A stretch of DNA of 64,000 nt from Obrimoposthia wandeli. Lineage: Eukaryota. This document shows, one piece after another, positions 9,079 to 20,128 of the stretch; within the stretch, counting starts at the first letter, position 1, and each line of letters starts with the position of its first letter. Made by a program: the position numbers and the translations under genes. The notes under the pieces were generated by a model. It made no database searches, was not told the DNA's origin, and was given only the letters and a program-made list of their open reading frames with translations. Location: positions 62,001-126,000 of the forward strand of contig CDROCS010003593.1 in the NCBI GenBank assembly GCA_977020255.1, written 5' to 3'.

Positions 9079-10326
9079 CTATGCTTTAATATTATAAGCC
9101 ATCAAGGCATCTTCGTGACGCACATATAGAATACCATCTTTTATAACTAAATGCGACCAATGTGGCCCTTTACCCAAAGGCACTTTAAAAGAACTAATAA
9201 CTTCAAATCCGTCGGGACTTGCTTTGGACAATGCGATATTTCCACCTTTTTCATCGTAGCAATACAACATGCCTTCAGCAGATATTATTGAGCCTTTATT
9301 TTCCCATTCTGTCTCATACATAGACTTGCCTGTTTCCCACTCTAAGCAAACCCATTTACCCATTCGGTTGTGCACCCAGTTAGAACCATAAACATAGTCG
9401 CCTAAGCGAACAGCACCACCATGATGTACATCTAATAAAGAATCAACATAGGCCAATTTTACCGAAGAAGCATCTTCGCTTAAATCAAGCATTACCGATT
9501 TATGATCGTATCCATTTGTTACGAATATCTTTCCATTATAATAAAGCGGTGTATTGGTTTGAATATTTGCTTTCCATTCTCCACCAGCATATTCTGCATA
9601 ATTGAAAGTCCAGATAATCTCACCACTTTCAGGATTAACGCCTATGACATTATTTTCTGTAACAGTAACAATCAATTTCGTTCCATTACGATCAACCATA
9701 AGAGGCGAAACATAGCCTGGCTTGTCTTTTAAACTTTTAGATTGCCAAACAGTTTCACCCGTTAGTTTATTTAAAGCAACCATAGTCGTTTTCTCACCAC
9801 AAGGTGTATAATAAACGTAATCATTGTGTAGTAAAAGAGATTCTGAAATTCCCCATTGACCATATGTTCCTTCGAATTTCTCACTCGCCTTTACTTGCCA
9901 AAAGATATCTCCTGTTAGGGCATTCAAACAAGCTAAATCACCTTTCCCACTTGAAAGATAAATCCTATCATTTTCAATAGTTGGTGTACAACGACTATCC
10001 GGGAATGAACTATCCCAACAACGACCATAAGGCACTTCCCATTTAAGTTGACCTTTCATATCAACAGCCATCAAAACATCCATTGAATCTTTAATTCCAG
10101 TTAAGTAAACAACATCATTCACCACTGCAACTGAAGAATAACCTTTCGGTATATCAACCAATGACCACAACATTTCTGGTCCTTCTTTAGGCCATTCTTT
10201 CAACAAGCCTGTTTCATTGTAAACACCAGTTCTGTTTGGCCCACGCCATTCACTTTTTTGTTTTGGAGAGTTACATTGAGTAAAAACAGTTATGGCTACC
10301 AAGCCAAGTAAAAGCAGTCGTTTCAT
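9079..10326 (-). CDS. PQQ-like beta-propeller lipoprotein
   Basis: Lipobox-like VFTQC; EWRGPNRTG; CLNALTGDIFW, ALNKLTGETVW repeats. Confidence 0.85.
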   Translation of the reverse strand: MKRLLLLGLVAITVFTQCNSPKQKSEWRGPNRTGVYNETGLLKEWPKEGPEMLWSLVDIPKGYSSVAVVNDVVYLTGIKDSMDVLMAVDMKGQLKWEVPYGRCWDSSFPDSRCTPTIENDRIYLSSGKGDLACLNALTGDIFWQVKASEKFEGTYGQWGISESLLLHNDYVYYTPCGEKTTMVALNKLTGETVWQSKSLKDKPGYVSPLMVDRNGTKLIVTVTENNVIGVNPESGEIIWTFNYAEYAGGEWKANIQTNTPLYYNGKIFVTNGYDHKSVMLDLSEDASSVKLAYVDSLLDVHHGGAVRLGDYVYGSNWVHNRMGKWVCLEWETGKSMYETEWENKGSIISAEGMLYCYDEKGGNIALSKASPDGFEVISSFKVPLGKGPHWSHLVIKDGILYVRHEDALMAYNIKA

Positions 10327-10534
10327 TTGTATATTTTTAATCTTCTTTATTATCAGAATGAGATATTTATTTTTAAATAAATGAGTGTTTCAAATCTATC
10401 AATTCCACAAGCAATTTTAATAAATAACAAGCTCGTTAACATTCGGTTAACAAGAAGCAATTCTTAATTAATCTAAAGAAGAATAGTATTCAGATTGAGT
10501 CTTATTAAGATAAGGGATTGACTCGTATTTAAAA

Positions 10535-11740
10535 CTAAATTTCGTAAACCATAAATGCACCACCATGACGAACATACATTCTGTTTTTATGAATCACCAA
10601 GTGTGCCCAATGCTGTTTAGTCCCCATTGGAACTCTAAAGAAACTCACTTTATTGAATTCTCCATTTTTGATATCGATCAAACCAATTTCACCATTATCG
10701 CCATAGCAATACAACATACCATCAGCAAAAATCACATTTCCTTTAGCTATTGCCTTTGATGAATAAATTTCCTCACCAGTTTTCCAATCGATGCAATACC
10801 ACATACGATTTTTATGTCCTGACACGTATATTTTACCATCGACTAATACAGCACCCCCCATTTGATTATCAACGAATGTATTTCGCCACATCTCTCTTAC
10901 TGACGATCCATCTTCGGATAACTGAAGCATGACACCACCTTTGCCGTAACCACTAAAACAAAACAATTGTCCATCTTTATATAAAGGTGTGTTTGGATGA
11001 ATATCATACATATTCTTATGCTCAAAACTCCAAAGCATCTTTCCATTCTTAATATCAATTCCAATAATTGAACCAGCAGTATGCGTAACCAAAAGTGAAC
11101 GATTTCCTCGCTTCACTAATAAAGGAGAACAATAAGCTGACTTCTCGCCCATTGCTTTTGTTTTCCAAATCAAATCACCGGTTTTTTTATTTACGGCAAT
11201 CACATTAGTCTCTTTACCACCTGGCGTACTGAATAACATATCGCCTTCGATTAAAAGATTTTCAGTCATTCCAAAACGAAGGTTTCTACCACCATATTCT
11301 GTCAACAAATTTTTAGACCAAACCTTCTCTCCATTTTCTGCAGACATAGCCACCAATTCTCCATGCCCACTCATCATATACAAAAGACCGTCATTCAACA
11401 ATGGCGTACCTCGTACACCATCATAATTATCCATCCACTCTTTTGCGTAGTTCTTTTTCCACAGTTGCTTTCCTGAATGATCAAAAGCAATAATGAAACC
11501 TTGATCTCCATCAACACCTCCAGTATATACAACATCATCTGTTACTGTAGCCGACGCATGTCCATCTCCTAAAGCATCAAAACTCCACAATAACTTTGGC
11601 CCAGCCTCAGGCCATTTCTTCAATAAATCTTTGGCATCATATTTACCATCACGATCAACACCTCTCCACTGCATAATTTCCTGAGAATGCGACTGGAAGA
11701 CAAACAAAATACTGGCTACGAATAAGAAAAGAGATCTCAT
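10535..11740 (-). CDS. PQQ-like beta-propeller protein with cleavable signal peptide
   Basis: Signal peptide ending QSHS-Q; QWRGVDRDG; AMSAENGEKVW, AVNKKTGDLIW repeats; clear paralogue of 9079-10326. Confidence 0.85.
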   Translation of the reverse strand: MRSLFLFVASILFVFQSHSQEIMQWRGVDRDGKYDAKDLLKKWPEAGPKLLWSFDALGDGHASATVTDDVVYTGGVDGDQGFIIAFDHSGKQLWKKNYAKEWMDNYDGVRGTPLLNDGLLYMMSGHGELVAMSAENGEKVWSKNLLTEYGGRNLRFGMTENLLIEGDMLFSTPGGKETNVIAVNKKTGDLIWKTKAMGEKSAYCSPLLVKRGNRSLLVTHTAGSIIGIDIKNGKMLWSFEHKNMYDIHPNTPLYKDGQLFCFSGYGKGGVMLQLSEDGSSVREMWRNTFVDNQMGGAVLVDGKIYVSGHKNRMWYCIDWKTGEEIYSSKAIAKGNVIFADGMLYCYGDNGEIGLIDIKNGEFNKVSFFRVPMGTKQHWAHLVIHKNRMYVRHGGAFMVYEI

Positions 11741-11910
11741 ATTTTAAAATTTAGGATTCAAAATCATTACAAACAACTACAAGAATCTAAAGATAAGACC
11801 AATCACCTCAAATTTCAATGAGAAAACCCCATATTAAGAAATCCATTATAAGTCTAAATAACCTCAAGAACATTCCTTTTTCAAAAAGAAGTCAAATTTC
11901 ACATAAAAAT

Positions 11911-11941
11911 AAGGGCTAGCTGAAATAATCAACTAGCCCTT
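11911..11941 (-). terminator. Intrinsic terminator after the methyltransferase gene
   Basis: aagggctag...ctagccctt inverted repeat, followed by a T run on the minus strand. Confidence 0.7.
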
Positions 11942-11951
11942 TAATATGCTA

Positions 11952-12617
11952 TTACGAAATAGTATAATTCTTTACATCATCTATACAACTTAACAAATAC
12001 AACGATATTAGGCTTAATGAAACCATCTCCGCATCCCATCTTTCAGCAAGGAAATTCATACTTTTTTCTGAAAAGAAACAAACATGAGTCAAATCCCTCT
12101 TGTAATACCAATCATGAAACTCATCATCTGATGGTGGGAATTGAGTTTTTACAGCCAAAACCCCATTAGGTTTTAACAAACTAAACAAACTATCGAGCTC
12201 CATTTGTGGTTTATGAAAATGCTCAACGACCTCACAAGTTGTGATAAAGTCGTAAGTTTTATGAAACACCTCTTCATTGGGAGCGTAAAAGGCATCATAA
12301 ATATCGGTCCGAAACCCTCGAGACTCAAACATCTTCGATAAAGTCGGACCTGGTCCAGATCCGAAATCCAAACCAGACGCACCTTCTGATATTCTATCAA
12401 GAACAGGATTCATAATTTGTTTCAGATAGTCTTGATAAACCAAATCATCAGGCAAATTTTCATGTTGATCATACTTAACCTTCTCAGCTTCGTACGTAAT
12501 GAAAAATACTTGAGGCACGAAAACAAGCCCACAATCTAGACAAGAATAATACTCACGAGATTCTCCTGCGTAATAAAACGAAGTGTTTTCGGAACGACAC
12601 AAAGGACATTTTTCCAC
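11952..12617 (-). CDS. Class I SAM-dependent methyltransferase with N-terminal Zn-ribbon
   Basis: CPLC...CLDC; motif I GLDFGSGPG; CEVVEH. Confidence 0.85.
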   Translation of the reverse strand: MEKCPLCRSENTSFYYAGESREYYSCLDCGLVFVPQVFFITYEAEKVKYDQHENLPDDLVYQDYLKQIMNPVLDRISEGASGLDFGSGPGPTLSKMFESRGFRTDIYDAFYAPNEEVFHKTYDFITTCEVVEHFHKPQMELDSLFSLLKPNGVLAVKTQFPPSDDEFHDWYYKRDLTHVCFFSEKSMNFLAERWDAEMVSLSLISLYLLSCIDDVKNYTIS

Positions 12618-12665
12618 AATAAAGATTTAATTCAGAACAAAATTTGCAGTAATTTACACCAAATC

Positions 12666-13103
12666 CTAATTCTCCTTAAACAATTTAACTTGCCTCAATC
12701 CGAGAACAAACAAAGCAATCACCTTCAAAACCTCCATTACACCATACATCATATGAACTGAGCTTTTCTCAGGCTGCATTCCTTGCATAATCAACTGAGC
12801 ATTCTCATTCAACTCAGGCAACAAATAACCCGACTGGGCTACAATAAAAGTAAAGATTAAAACTCCAGTTGCCACGATAATCTTATCAGTGTATCGATAA
12901 AAAACGACAACCAAAAGAAAAACTGAAAACACCCGCTCTACGCCATTTAAAGCACTAAAAACATGTCTTCCTACATCAAGTGCAGTAGGCAAATCAAGAC
13001 TCTCAGCCCTAAACTTAACCCAAGCCTCCATAAAACTAATAGACAGTATAAAACCTATCCATATAAAACTCACTACAAACCCATAATTTACTAATTTCTT
13101 CAT
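12666..13103 (-). CDS. Hypothetical 4-TM membrane protein (DUF4149-like)
   Basis: Four hydrophobic helices; co-oriented with the methyltransferase. Confidence 0.65.
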   Translation of the reverse strand: MKKLVNYGFVVSFIWIGFILSISFMEAWVKFRAESLDLPTALDVGRHVFSALNGVERVFSVFLLVVVFYRYTDKIIVATGVLIFTFIVAQSGYLLPELNENAQLIMQGMQPEKSSVHMMYGVMEVLKVIALFVLGLRQVKLFKEN

Positions 13104-13369
13104 GCCAATTATTTTTATACTTTTGCAGCCATTCTAAGATTTAGAGCTGTTGAATATTATTTTGAATGAGTAAAAATAACAAAAAGAAAATCTTATCCTC
13201 ATCCAAAATCAATTTAAGATCCAGTTTTACAAACAACACATTAAAACTGACACAAGTCTTAACAAGTCATCAAAACTAAGTTTTAGAAAACCAAATATAT
13301 AGCCCACCCAACAAGCCTAACCAGCAGCAAATAAAAACCTCAAATCAAAAAGTTTTCAACAATCGCACT

Positions 13370-13399
13370 AAAGTGGTTGAAAGTGGTTGAAAGTGGTTT
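13370..13399 (+). promoter_or_regulatory. MraZ operator: three tandem AAAGTGGTT repeats with a 10-nt period
   Basis: aaagtggttg aaagtggttg aaagtggttt, 40 nt upstream of mraZ; GTGG-core repeats are established MraZ boxes. Confidence 0.85.
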
Positions 13400-13439
13400 G
13401 AAAATTTCTTACTTTTACATTCATAAACCATTTTAGCCA

Positions 13440-13898
13440 ATGCTAACATTTATAGGTGATTATCCATGCAAACTAGACGCAAAGGGACGAGTTCTTCTCC
13501 CCTCTGCATTTCGAAAGTTGCTAGCAGCTTCTTCCGAAGATAGGTTTGTTATGCGAAAAAATCTATATGAAGACTGTCTTGATCTCTTTCCCGTTTCGGA
13601 ATGGAACAGACAATTAGCAATGATTCGGAGTCAATTAAACCCATTCAATCGCAAGCACGCTACTTTCTTAAGAGAGTTTTATAGAGGAACAGCTGAAATG
13701 CAAATCGATGGCAATGGTCGGATTTTGATCCCAAAGAAATTTTTCTCTGACACCAACTTATCAAACGGATTAACTCTTGTTGGACAAGATGGTAAAATCG
13801 AAATATGGGATACAAAAAAATATAACGATTCTGGGATGAACCAAGAGGAATTCAACCAATTGGCAAACGACATTTTAGGAGACAACATGGCTTTATAA
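13440..13898 (+). CDS. mraZ: Division/cell wall cluster transcriptional repressor MraZ
   Basis: Two DxxGR motifs (LDAKGRV, IDGNGRI); first gene of the dcw cluster. Confidence 0.95.
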   Translation: MLTFIGDYPCKLDAKGRVLLPSAFRKLLAASSEDRFVMRKNLYEDCLDLFPVSEWNRQLAMIRSQLNPFNRKHATFLREFYRGTAEMQIDGNGRILIPKKFFSDTNLSNGLTLVGQDGKIEIWDTKKYNDSGMNQEEFNQLANDILGDNMAL

Positions 13899-13947
13899 GC
13901 CGAATACCAAATAGAGTCTATTTTCAAATATTGTAATATCATATAGC

Positions 13948-14853
13948 ATGACATCATATCACGTACCTGTACTTTTAAACGAAAGCATTGAAGCTTTAGA
14001 CATCAAACCAGATGGAATATATGTCGACCTTACCTTTGGTGGAGGAGGCCATTCAAGAGAAATAATCAAGCACCTAACGACTGGTAAACTAATTGGTTTC
14101 GATCAGGATGTTGATGCAGAAAGAAATATTATAGACGATGAACGATTTATTTTCATTCGTCACAATTTCAGATACTTCAAGAATTTCCTAAAATATATTG
14201 GCCACGAAAAAGTTGACGGCATCCTTGCTGACTTAGGTGTATCGTCTCACGAATTTGATGTTGCAGAACGAGGATTTTCATTCCGTTTTGATGGTGATTT
14301 GGACATGAGAATGAACCAAAGTGCCAACTTTGATGCAGCTGATCTTTTAAACACTTACTCTTCTGATGAGCTGTTTAGAGTGTTCAAATATTACGGCGAA
14401 GTTAAAAATCCAGGAAAACTAGTTCGCTTAATACTTGCTCATCGTGAGGACAATGAGTTCAAAACGATTCAACAGCTAAAAGAAGTTATTCTGCCATGTA
14501 CGCCAAAGTTTAAGGAGCATAAATATTGGGCACAAGTTTTTCAAGCTTTACGTATCGAAGTTAATGCTGAGATGGATGCTTTGAAAGACATGCTTGATCA
14601 AATTCCTGAGGCATTGAAACCTGATGGAAGATTAGTCGTTATAACATACCATTCGCTTGAAGATAGATTAGTGAAGAATTTCATTAGAGATGGAAAGTTT
14701 GCCGGAGGAGCCGAAAAAGATTTCTATGGCAAAACCAATGCACCTCTTGAAGCTGTTAACAGAAAAATCATTCTTCCTAGCGAAGAAGAATTAGAACTGA
14801 ACAACAGGTCTCGAAGTGCAAAACTGAGAATTGCACAACCAAGAACAAATTAG
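13948..14853 (+). CDS. rsmH: 16S rRNA m4C1402 methyltransferase RsmH
   Basis: HVPVLL, DLTFGGGGHS, DLGVSS, LDMRM, YHSLEDR, RSRSAKLR. Confidence 0.97.
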   Translation: MTSYHVPVLLNESIEALDIKPDGIYVDLTFGGGGHSREIIKHLTTGKLIGFDQDVDAERNIIDDERFIFIRHNFRYFKNFLKYIGHEKVDGILADLGVSSHEFDVAERGFSFRFDGDLDMRMNQSANFDAADLLNTYSSDELFRVFKYYGEVKNPGKLVRLILAHREDNEFKTIQQLKEVILPCTPKFKEHKYWAQVFQALRIEVNAEMDALKDMLDQIPEALKPDGRLVVITYHSLEDRLVKNFIRDGKFAGGAEKDFYGKTNAPLEAVNRKIILPSEEELELNNRSRSAKLRIAQPRTN

Positions 14854-14874
14854 AATCATTCAAATTGAAATAGA

Positions 14875-15251
14875 ATGTTTGGATTCAAACGAAAATATAA
14901 GGACTTCATAAACCCTAAAGAAGAAATAAAAGAAACCCCCTCGGGTTCTTTTAAAGATATCATTTCGGGTAGTGTCTTATCAAGGATAATGATTTATTTT
15001 CCTCAACATATTATTTCATTCATATCTCTGGCATCTATTACATCAGTAACCGATATCATTCTGAACGTGTTTATCGTGATATGATAAGCCTTGAAAAAGA
15101 GTTAAAAGAATTACGCTTTGAATCCATAACAACTGCATCAGATTTGATGTACATGAGTAAACAGTCAGAAGTTGTAAAAAGAGTAGAAAAAGAGGGTCTT
15201 GATTTAATTGAGTCAACAGAACCTCCAGTAAAAATCTATTTAGAAAAGTAA
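14875..15251 (+). CDS. ftsL: FtsL-like cell division protein (frameshifted, probably a sequence error)
   Basis: Located between rsmH and ftsI. The N-terminal frame shifts near 15000-15030 into YISNRYHSERVYRDMISLEKELKELRFESITTASDLM...EPPVKIYLEK*. Confidence 0.8.
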
Positions 15252-15254
15252 ACT

Positions 15255-17372
15255 GTGCAAATAAAAAACGACATCATGTGGCGAGTGGGCGTCTGTTACA
15301 CTCTAATTGTACTTTTCGCATTCTGTGTGGTTAGCCGAGTTGTTTACCTGCAAGTTTTCGAAGGAGATGAATGGAGAGGCCGTGCACAATCTATCAGCAA
15401 AAAAGATATTACTGTTTATGCAAACAGAGGTGATATTTGTGCAGCTGACGGTCGTCTTTTGGCTAGCTCTATACCATACTATGAGTTACGAATGGATTTC
15501 CAGGCTCCTGGCTTAACGAATGCTATTTTCAAGAAAAATGTAGATTCTTTAGCGCTTTGTTTATCTAAATTTTTCAAAGATAAAAGCAAATCTAATTACC
15601 GCAGACAACTTTGGGATGCCAAATTCCACTCTAAAAGAAACCGATACGTTTTGATTAATCACCGAAAGGTGAATTACAACGAACTAAAACAAATAAAAAC
15701 ATTTCCCCTTTTCAGATTATCATCCAACAAAGGAGGTCTAATCTGCTTACACGAAAGCAAAAGAGTTCAACCACATATCAACCTTGCTAGTCGTACAATT
15801 GGTTATTTGAATAAAGGAAATGGCAACGAACTTATAGGAAAAGTCGGTCTTGAAGGTTTATTTGAAAATGAACTAAAAGGAATCGACGGCATTTCCATGA
15901 TGCAAAAAATGTCGGGCAAATGGCTACCTGTCAATCAAGCTGACCCTAAGGATGGTAACGATATCATTACAACCATTGATGTCAATTTTCAAGATGTTGC
16001 ACAAACAGCCCTTTTACAACAACTTCAAAAATATCATGCTGATCATGGAACAGCAATACTAATGGAAGTTGAAACAGGAGCTATAAAGGCAATCGCCAAT
16101 TTAGGATTAGATAGAAAGAAAAACCGCTATCTAGAAATTTACAATTATGCCATAGGTGAGCTTAACTGAACCAGGATCTACGTCAAACTGGCTTCGATGA
16201 TGGCTTTACTTGAGGATGGTTATGTTGAACCTACAGATTCAATCGACACAGGCAATGGTGTTCATCGCTTTTATAAAGATAAGATGCGTGACTCACATAT
16301 TGGAGGCTATGGTAAAATAAGCGTACAACAGGCCTTCGAAAAATCGTCGAATGTAGGGATATCAAAACTCGTCAATCAATTTTACAAAGATAGACCTCGA
16401 GATTTTATTAATCGCTTATACCATTTCAGGCTGAACAAAACCTTAGAATTGGATATTAAAGGTGAAGGTCAACCTAAAATTAAATTTCCTGGGGAAGAAG
16501 GCTGGTCAGGTATTTCACTTCCCTGGATGTCCATTGGTTATGAGGTACAGCAAACACCTCTTCAAACATTGAGCTTTTATAATGCCATTGCCAATAATGG
16601 TAAAATGATGCAGAGCTAGTTTTAGTTATGAATCAAATATCATGGAAAAGTACTGCAGGATTTTGATGAAGAGGTTTTAAAACGTAGCCTTTGCTCAAGA
16701 GAGACCTTAAGAAAGGTGAGATCGATGCTCGAAGGTGTTGTTTTGAGAGGAACAGCAACAAATCTTAAGAATTCGAGTTATAGTATTGCAGGTAAAACAG
16801 GAACAGCCCAAATAGCTGACAAAAATAAGGGTTACGGAGTCAAAGTTTATCAAGCTTCATTTGTAGGTTATTTCCCTGCTGATAATCCAAAATACTCATG
16901 CATTGTTGTTATCAACAGTCCAGATAAAACGAAAGGTTTCTATGGAAATCAAGTTGCGGGACCAGTTTTCAAAACAATTGCAGATAAGGTATACGCTATG
17001 ACTTATGCCATGCATCCTCCGAAACATGATGAACAGGTCCTAGAAATCAAAGTACCAATCTCTTTGAATGGTAACAAAGATGACTTGGACAAAGTTTTTA
17101 AAGAACTTGATGTACCAACTGATGATCGTGACGTTTATAGCGATTGGGTTTTAACATCGCGTCAAGATTCTATAATCAAATACAAAAACAGAACGATAAA
17201 CAATCATTTAGTTCCTAATGTTAAAGGAATGGGATTGCAAGATGCTCTATATATTCTAGAAAATGCAGGATTGAAAGTTACAACTAGTGGTTTTGGCTCA
17301 GTGAAAAAACAGTCAATTCGCCCTGGTTCAAATTTTCGATCTGGTACTAGAATTAAAATAGAGTTATCCTAA
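15255..17372 (+). CDS. ftsI: Penicillin-binding protein FtsI/PBP3 with C-terminal PASTA domain (split by frameshifts)
   Basis: ORF pieces 15255-16169, 16197-16619 and 16716-17372 carry RGDI..DGR, EPGST (broken), SSN, KTGTAQ and the PASTA motif VPNVKGM. Confidence 0.9.
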
Positions 17373-17405
17373 GAAAAAGCAGAAGACCTATATCATATAT
17401 AAAAG

Positions 17406-18872
17406 ATGATTAAGATGACTAAAAACATAAGGGATTTATTAAAATCTATCGATATAATAGAAAGTATTGGCGAACTCAATATTGAGATCAACAATCTACA
17501 TTTCGATTCTCGAAAAGTGGAAGAAAGTGATTTTTTCATTGCTCAGGTTGGAACACAATCAGATGGCCATAATTTTATACCTAAGGCTATCGAACTAGGT
17601 GCTAAGGCAATTTTGTGCGAACATCTACCAGAAAATACAAACCCAAATATCACATACATTAAAGTAGAAAATACTTCAAAAGCACTTTCTACTTTAGCAC
17701 ACAATTATTACGATTGTCCTTCAGATCATATAAAGCTTGTAGGTGTTACTGGCACTAATGGTAAAACTACTATTGCCAGCTTACTGTACGACCTTTTCAG
17801 AAAACTAGGTTATAAAGTAGGACTACTTTCTACGGTTACAAACTATATCGATACAAAGAAAGTTAAAGCTACACATACAACCCCTGATGCCATTCAGATA
17901 TCGAAGTTATTAAATGATATGATTGAAGAGGGCTGTGAATATTGTTTTATGGAAGTTAGCTCTCATGCTGTTGATCAGCATAGAACAGAGGCTTTAAATT
18001 TCAAAGGTGGTATTTTCACTAACCTAACTCATGATCATTTAGACTATCACAAAACTTTTGATGCCTACTTAAGAGCAAAAAAAGGCTTTTTTGATCAACT
18101 GGGTAAAACCTCATTTGCTATCACCAATGCCGATGATAAAAATGGGAAGATCATTTTGCAAAATACCAAGGCGCATAAATTCAATTATTCAACAAGAGCT
18201 TTCGCTGACTACCGCTGTCAAATTCTTGAAAAACATTTCAATGGCATGCTTCTGGAAATGGATGGCCTTGAATTGTGGACAAATTTCATTGGCGATTTTA
18301 ATGCTCACAACCTGTTATCAGTTTATGGTGCAGCTAGACTTCTTGACCAATCTAAAGAGGAAGTTCTCACAAAAATGAGTGAACTGAAATCTGTGGCAGG
18401 CCGTTTCGAAAGCATTATTTCTCCTGATGGTATAATGGCAATTGTGGATTATGCACACACGCCAGATGCATTAAAGAATGTCCTGCTTACAATCGATCAA
18501 CTTCGTAGTAGAAACGAAACAGTAATTACAGTTGTTGGTGCTGGAGGCGACAGAGACAAGACCAAGCGTCCTTTGATGGGAAAAGTGGGTGCTGAATATA
18601 GCGATAAGGTGATTTTAACTTCCGACAACCCTCGCTCTGAGAATCCAGAAACCATCATTACAGAAATGAGAGAAGGTATTTCTGCTAATAATCTTAGAAA
18701 GGTGTTAGCTATTACAGATAGAAAAGAGGCTATTCGCACTGCTATCATGTTAGCAAAAAAGGATGACATTATTCTTATTGCAGGTAAGGGTCACGAGGAT
18801 TACCAAGAAATTAAGGGTGTGAAACATCACTTTGACGATAAAGAAATTATTAACGAAATATTCAATCAATAA
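17406..18872 (+). CDS. murE: UDP-MurNAc-tripeptide synthetase MurE
   Basis: [38 protein letters not shown]. Confidence 0.97.
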   Translation: MIKMTKNIRDLLKSIDIIESIGELNIEINNLHFDSRKVEESDFFIAQVGTQSDGHNFIPKAIELGAKAILCEHLPENTNPNITYIKVENTSKALSTLAHNYYDCPSDHIKLVGVTGTNGKTTIASLLYDLFRKLGYKVGLLSTVTNYIDTKKVKATHTTPDAIQISKLLNDMIEEGCEYCFMEVSSHAVDQHRTEALNFKGGIFTNLTHDHLDYHKTFDAYLRAKKGFFDQLGKTSFAITNADDKNGKIILQNTKAHKFNYSTRAFADYRCQILEKHFNGMLLEMDGLELWTNFIGDFNAHNLLSVYGAARLLDQSKEEVLTKMSELKSVAGRFESIISPDGIMAIVDYAHTPDALKNVLLTIDQLRSRNETVITVVGAGGDRDKTKRPLMGKVGAEYSDKVILTSDNPRSENPETIITEMREGISANNLRKVLAITDRKEAIRTAIMLAKKDDIILIAGKGHEDYQEIKGVKHHFDDKEIINEIFNQ

Positions 18873-18874
18873 GC

Positions 18875-20128
18875 ATGTTGTACTATCTATTTAAATACCT
18901 ACATGGATTAGATTTCCCAGGAGCTGGGATGTTTGATTACATTTCATTTCGTGCTGCATTGAGTATCATCACATCACTCTTAATTGCCACTGTATTTGGA
19001 AAAAAAATCATTTACTATCTGCAAAAACAACAAATTGGTGAGATTGTAAGAGATCTTGGTCTTGCAGGACAAATCGAGAAAAAAGGAACACCTACAATGG
19101 GTGGAATCATTATTCTAATTTCTATTCTCGTTCCTGTTTTATTATTCGCCAAACTCGATAACATCTATATTATCCTGATGATTATCACAACAGTTTGGCT
19201 AGGATTAATTGGCTTCATTGACGATTATATTAAAGTCTTCAAGAAGGACAAAGAAGGCTTAAAGGGACGATTCAAGATTGCAGGACAAGTAGGTTTAGGT
19301 TTAATTGTAGGCTTAACTCTATATATGAATGATGATGTGGTTATTCGTGAAAGGGCCAATATTTATGACATTGGAACTCAAACGGAGGTTGTTGACGAAG
19401 GCTTTACAGCTGATAGTGCTAACGCAACAGCAATGACTCATGATATAAAGTCAACGAAAACGACTATCCCATTCTTTAAAAACAACGAGTTCGATTATGA
19501 AGACTTAGTTCGTTGGGGAGGTGAATATTCAGGGATCCTAGCTTGGATACTCTTTATTATTGTCACCATATTTATTGTTACAGCAGTTTCCAATGGCGCT
19601 AATATGACAGATGGACTAGACGGACTCGCAACGGGAACATCAGCCATCATAGGTGCCACACTTGGTATCTTAGCTTACCTTTCGGGTCACTTAGTTTATG
19701 CCAGTTATCTAGATATCATGTATATTCCTCACTCAGGTGAGCTGGTTGTTTATATCGCTGCATTTATTGGATCTACTATTGGTTTCCTATGGTACAACTC
19801 CTATCCTGCTCAAGTTTTCATGGGAGATACAGGAAGTCTTTCATTGGGAGGAATTATTGCAGTTTTAGCAATTATCATTCATAAAGAGCTATTAATACCT
19901 GTACTATGCGGTATTTTCTTGGTAGAAAATCTTTCTGTTATGATGCAAGTTTCATGGTTTAAGTATACAAGAAAAAGATACGGTGTAGGTCGTCGAATAT
20001 TCAGGATGGCACCTCTTCACCACCATTATCAATTAAAGGGATATCCTGAAGCTAAAATTGTAACTCGATTTTGGATTATCGGTATTTTCTTGGCAGTAAT
20101 CACAATCGTGACTCTTAAAATCAGATAA
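18875..20128 (+). CDS. mraY: Phospho-MurNAc-pentapeptide transferase MraY
   Basis: [33 protein letters not shown]. Confidence 0.97.
   Translation: MLYYLFKYLHGLDFPGAGMFDYISFRAALSIITSLLIATVFGKKIIYYLQKQQIGEIVRDLGLAGQIEKKGTPTMGGIIILISILVPVLLFAKLDNIYIILMIITTVWLGLIGFIDDYIKVFKKDKEGLKGRFKIAGQVGLGLIVGLTLYMNDDVVIRERANIYDIGTQTEVVDEGFTADSANATAMTHDIKSTKTTIPFFKNNEFDYEDLVRWGGEYSGILAWILFIIVTIFIVTAVSNGANMTDGLDGLATGTSAIIGATLGILAYLSGHLVYASYLDIMYIPHSGELVVYIAAFIGSTIGFLWYNSYPAQVFMGDTGSLSLGGIIAVLAIIIHKELLIPVLCGIFLVENLSVMMQVSWFKYTRKRYGVGRRIFRMAPLHHHYQLKGYPEAKIVTRFWIIGIFLAVITIVTLKIR

Noticed and set aside
2312-11740. Calling the propellers BamB or PQQ alcohol dehydrogenases
   Set aside because: Docking repeats define the fold only. 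There are no bam or pqq genes nearby and catalytic residues cannot be confirmed by eye
13166-13279. 37-codon ORF upstream of mraZ after a TACTTTTG box
   Set aside because: Low-complexity AT-rich sequence with no supporting feature; expected by chance
13370-13399. Short tandem repeat as CRISPR or phase-variable SSR
   Set aside because: No spacers or cas genes; position and sequence fit MraZ boxes
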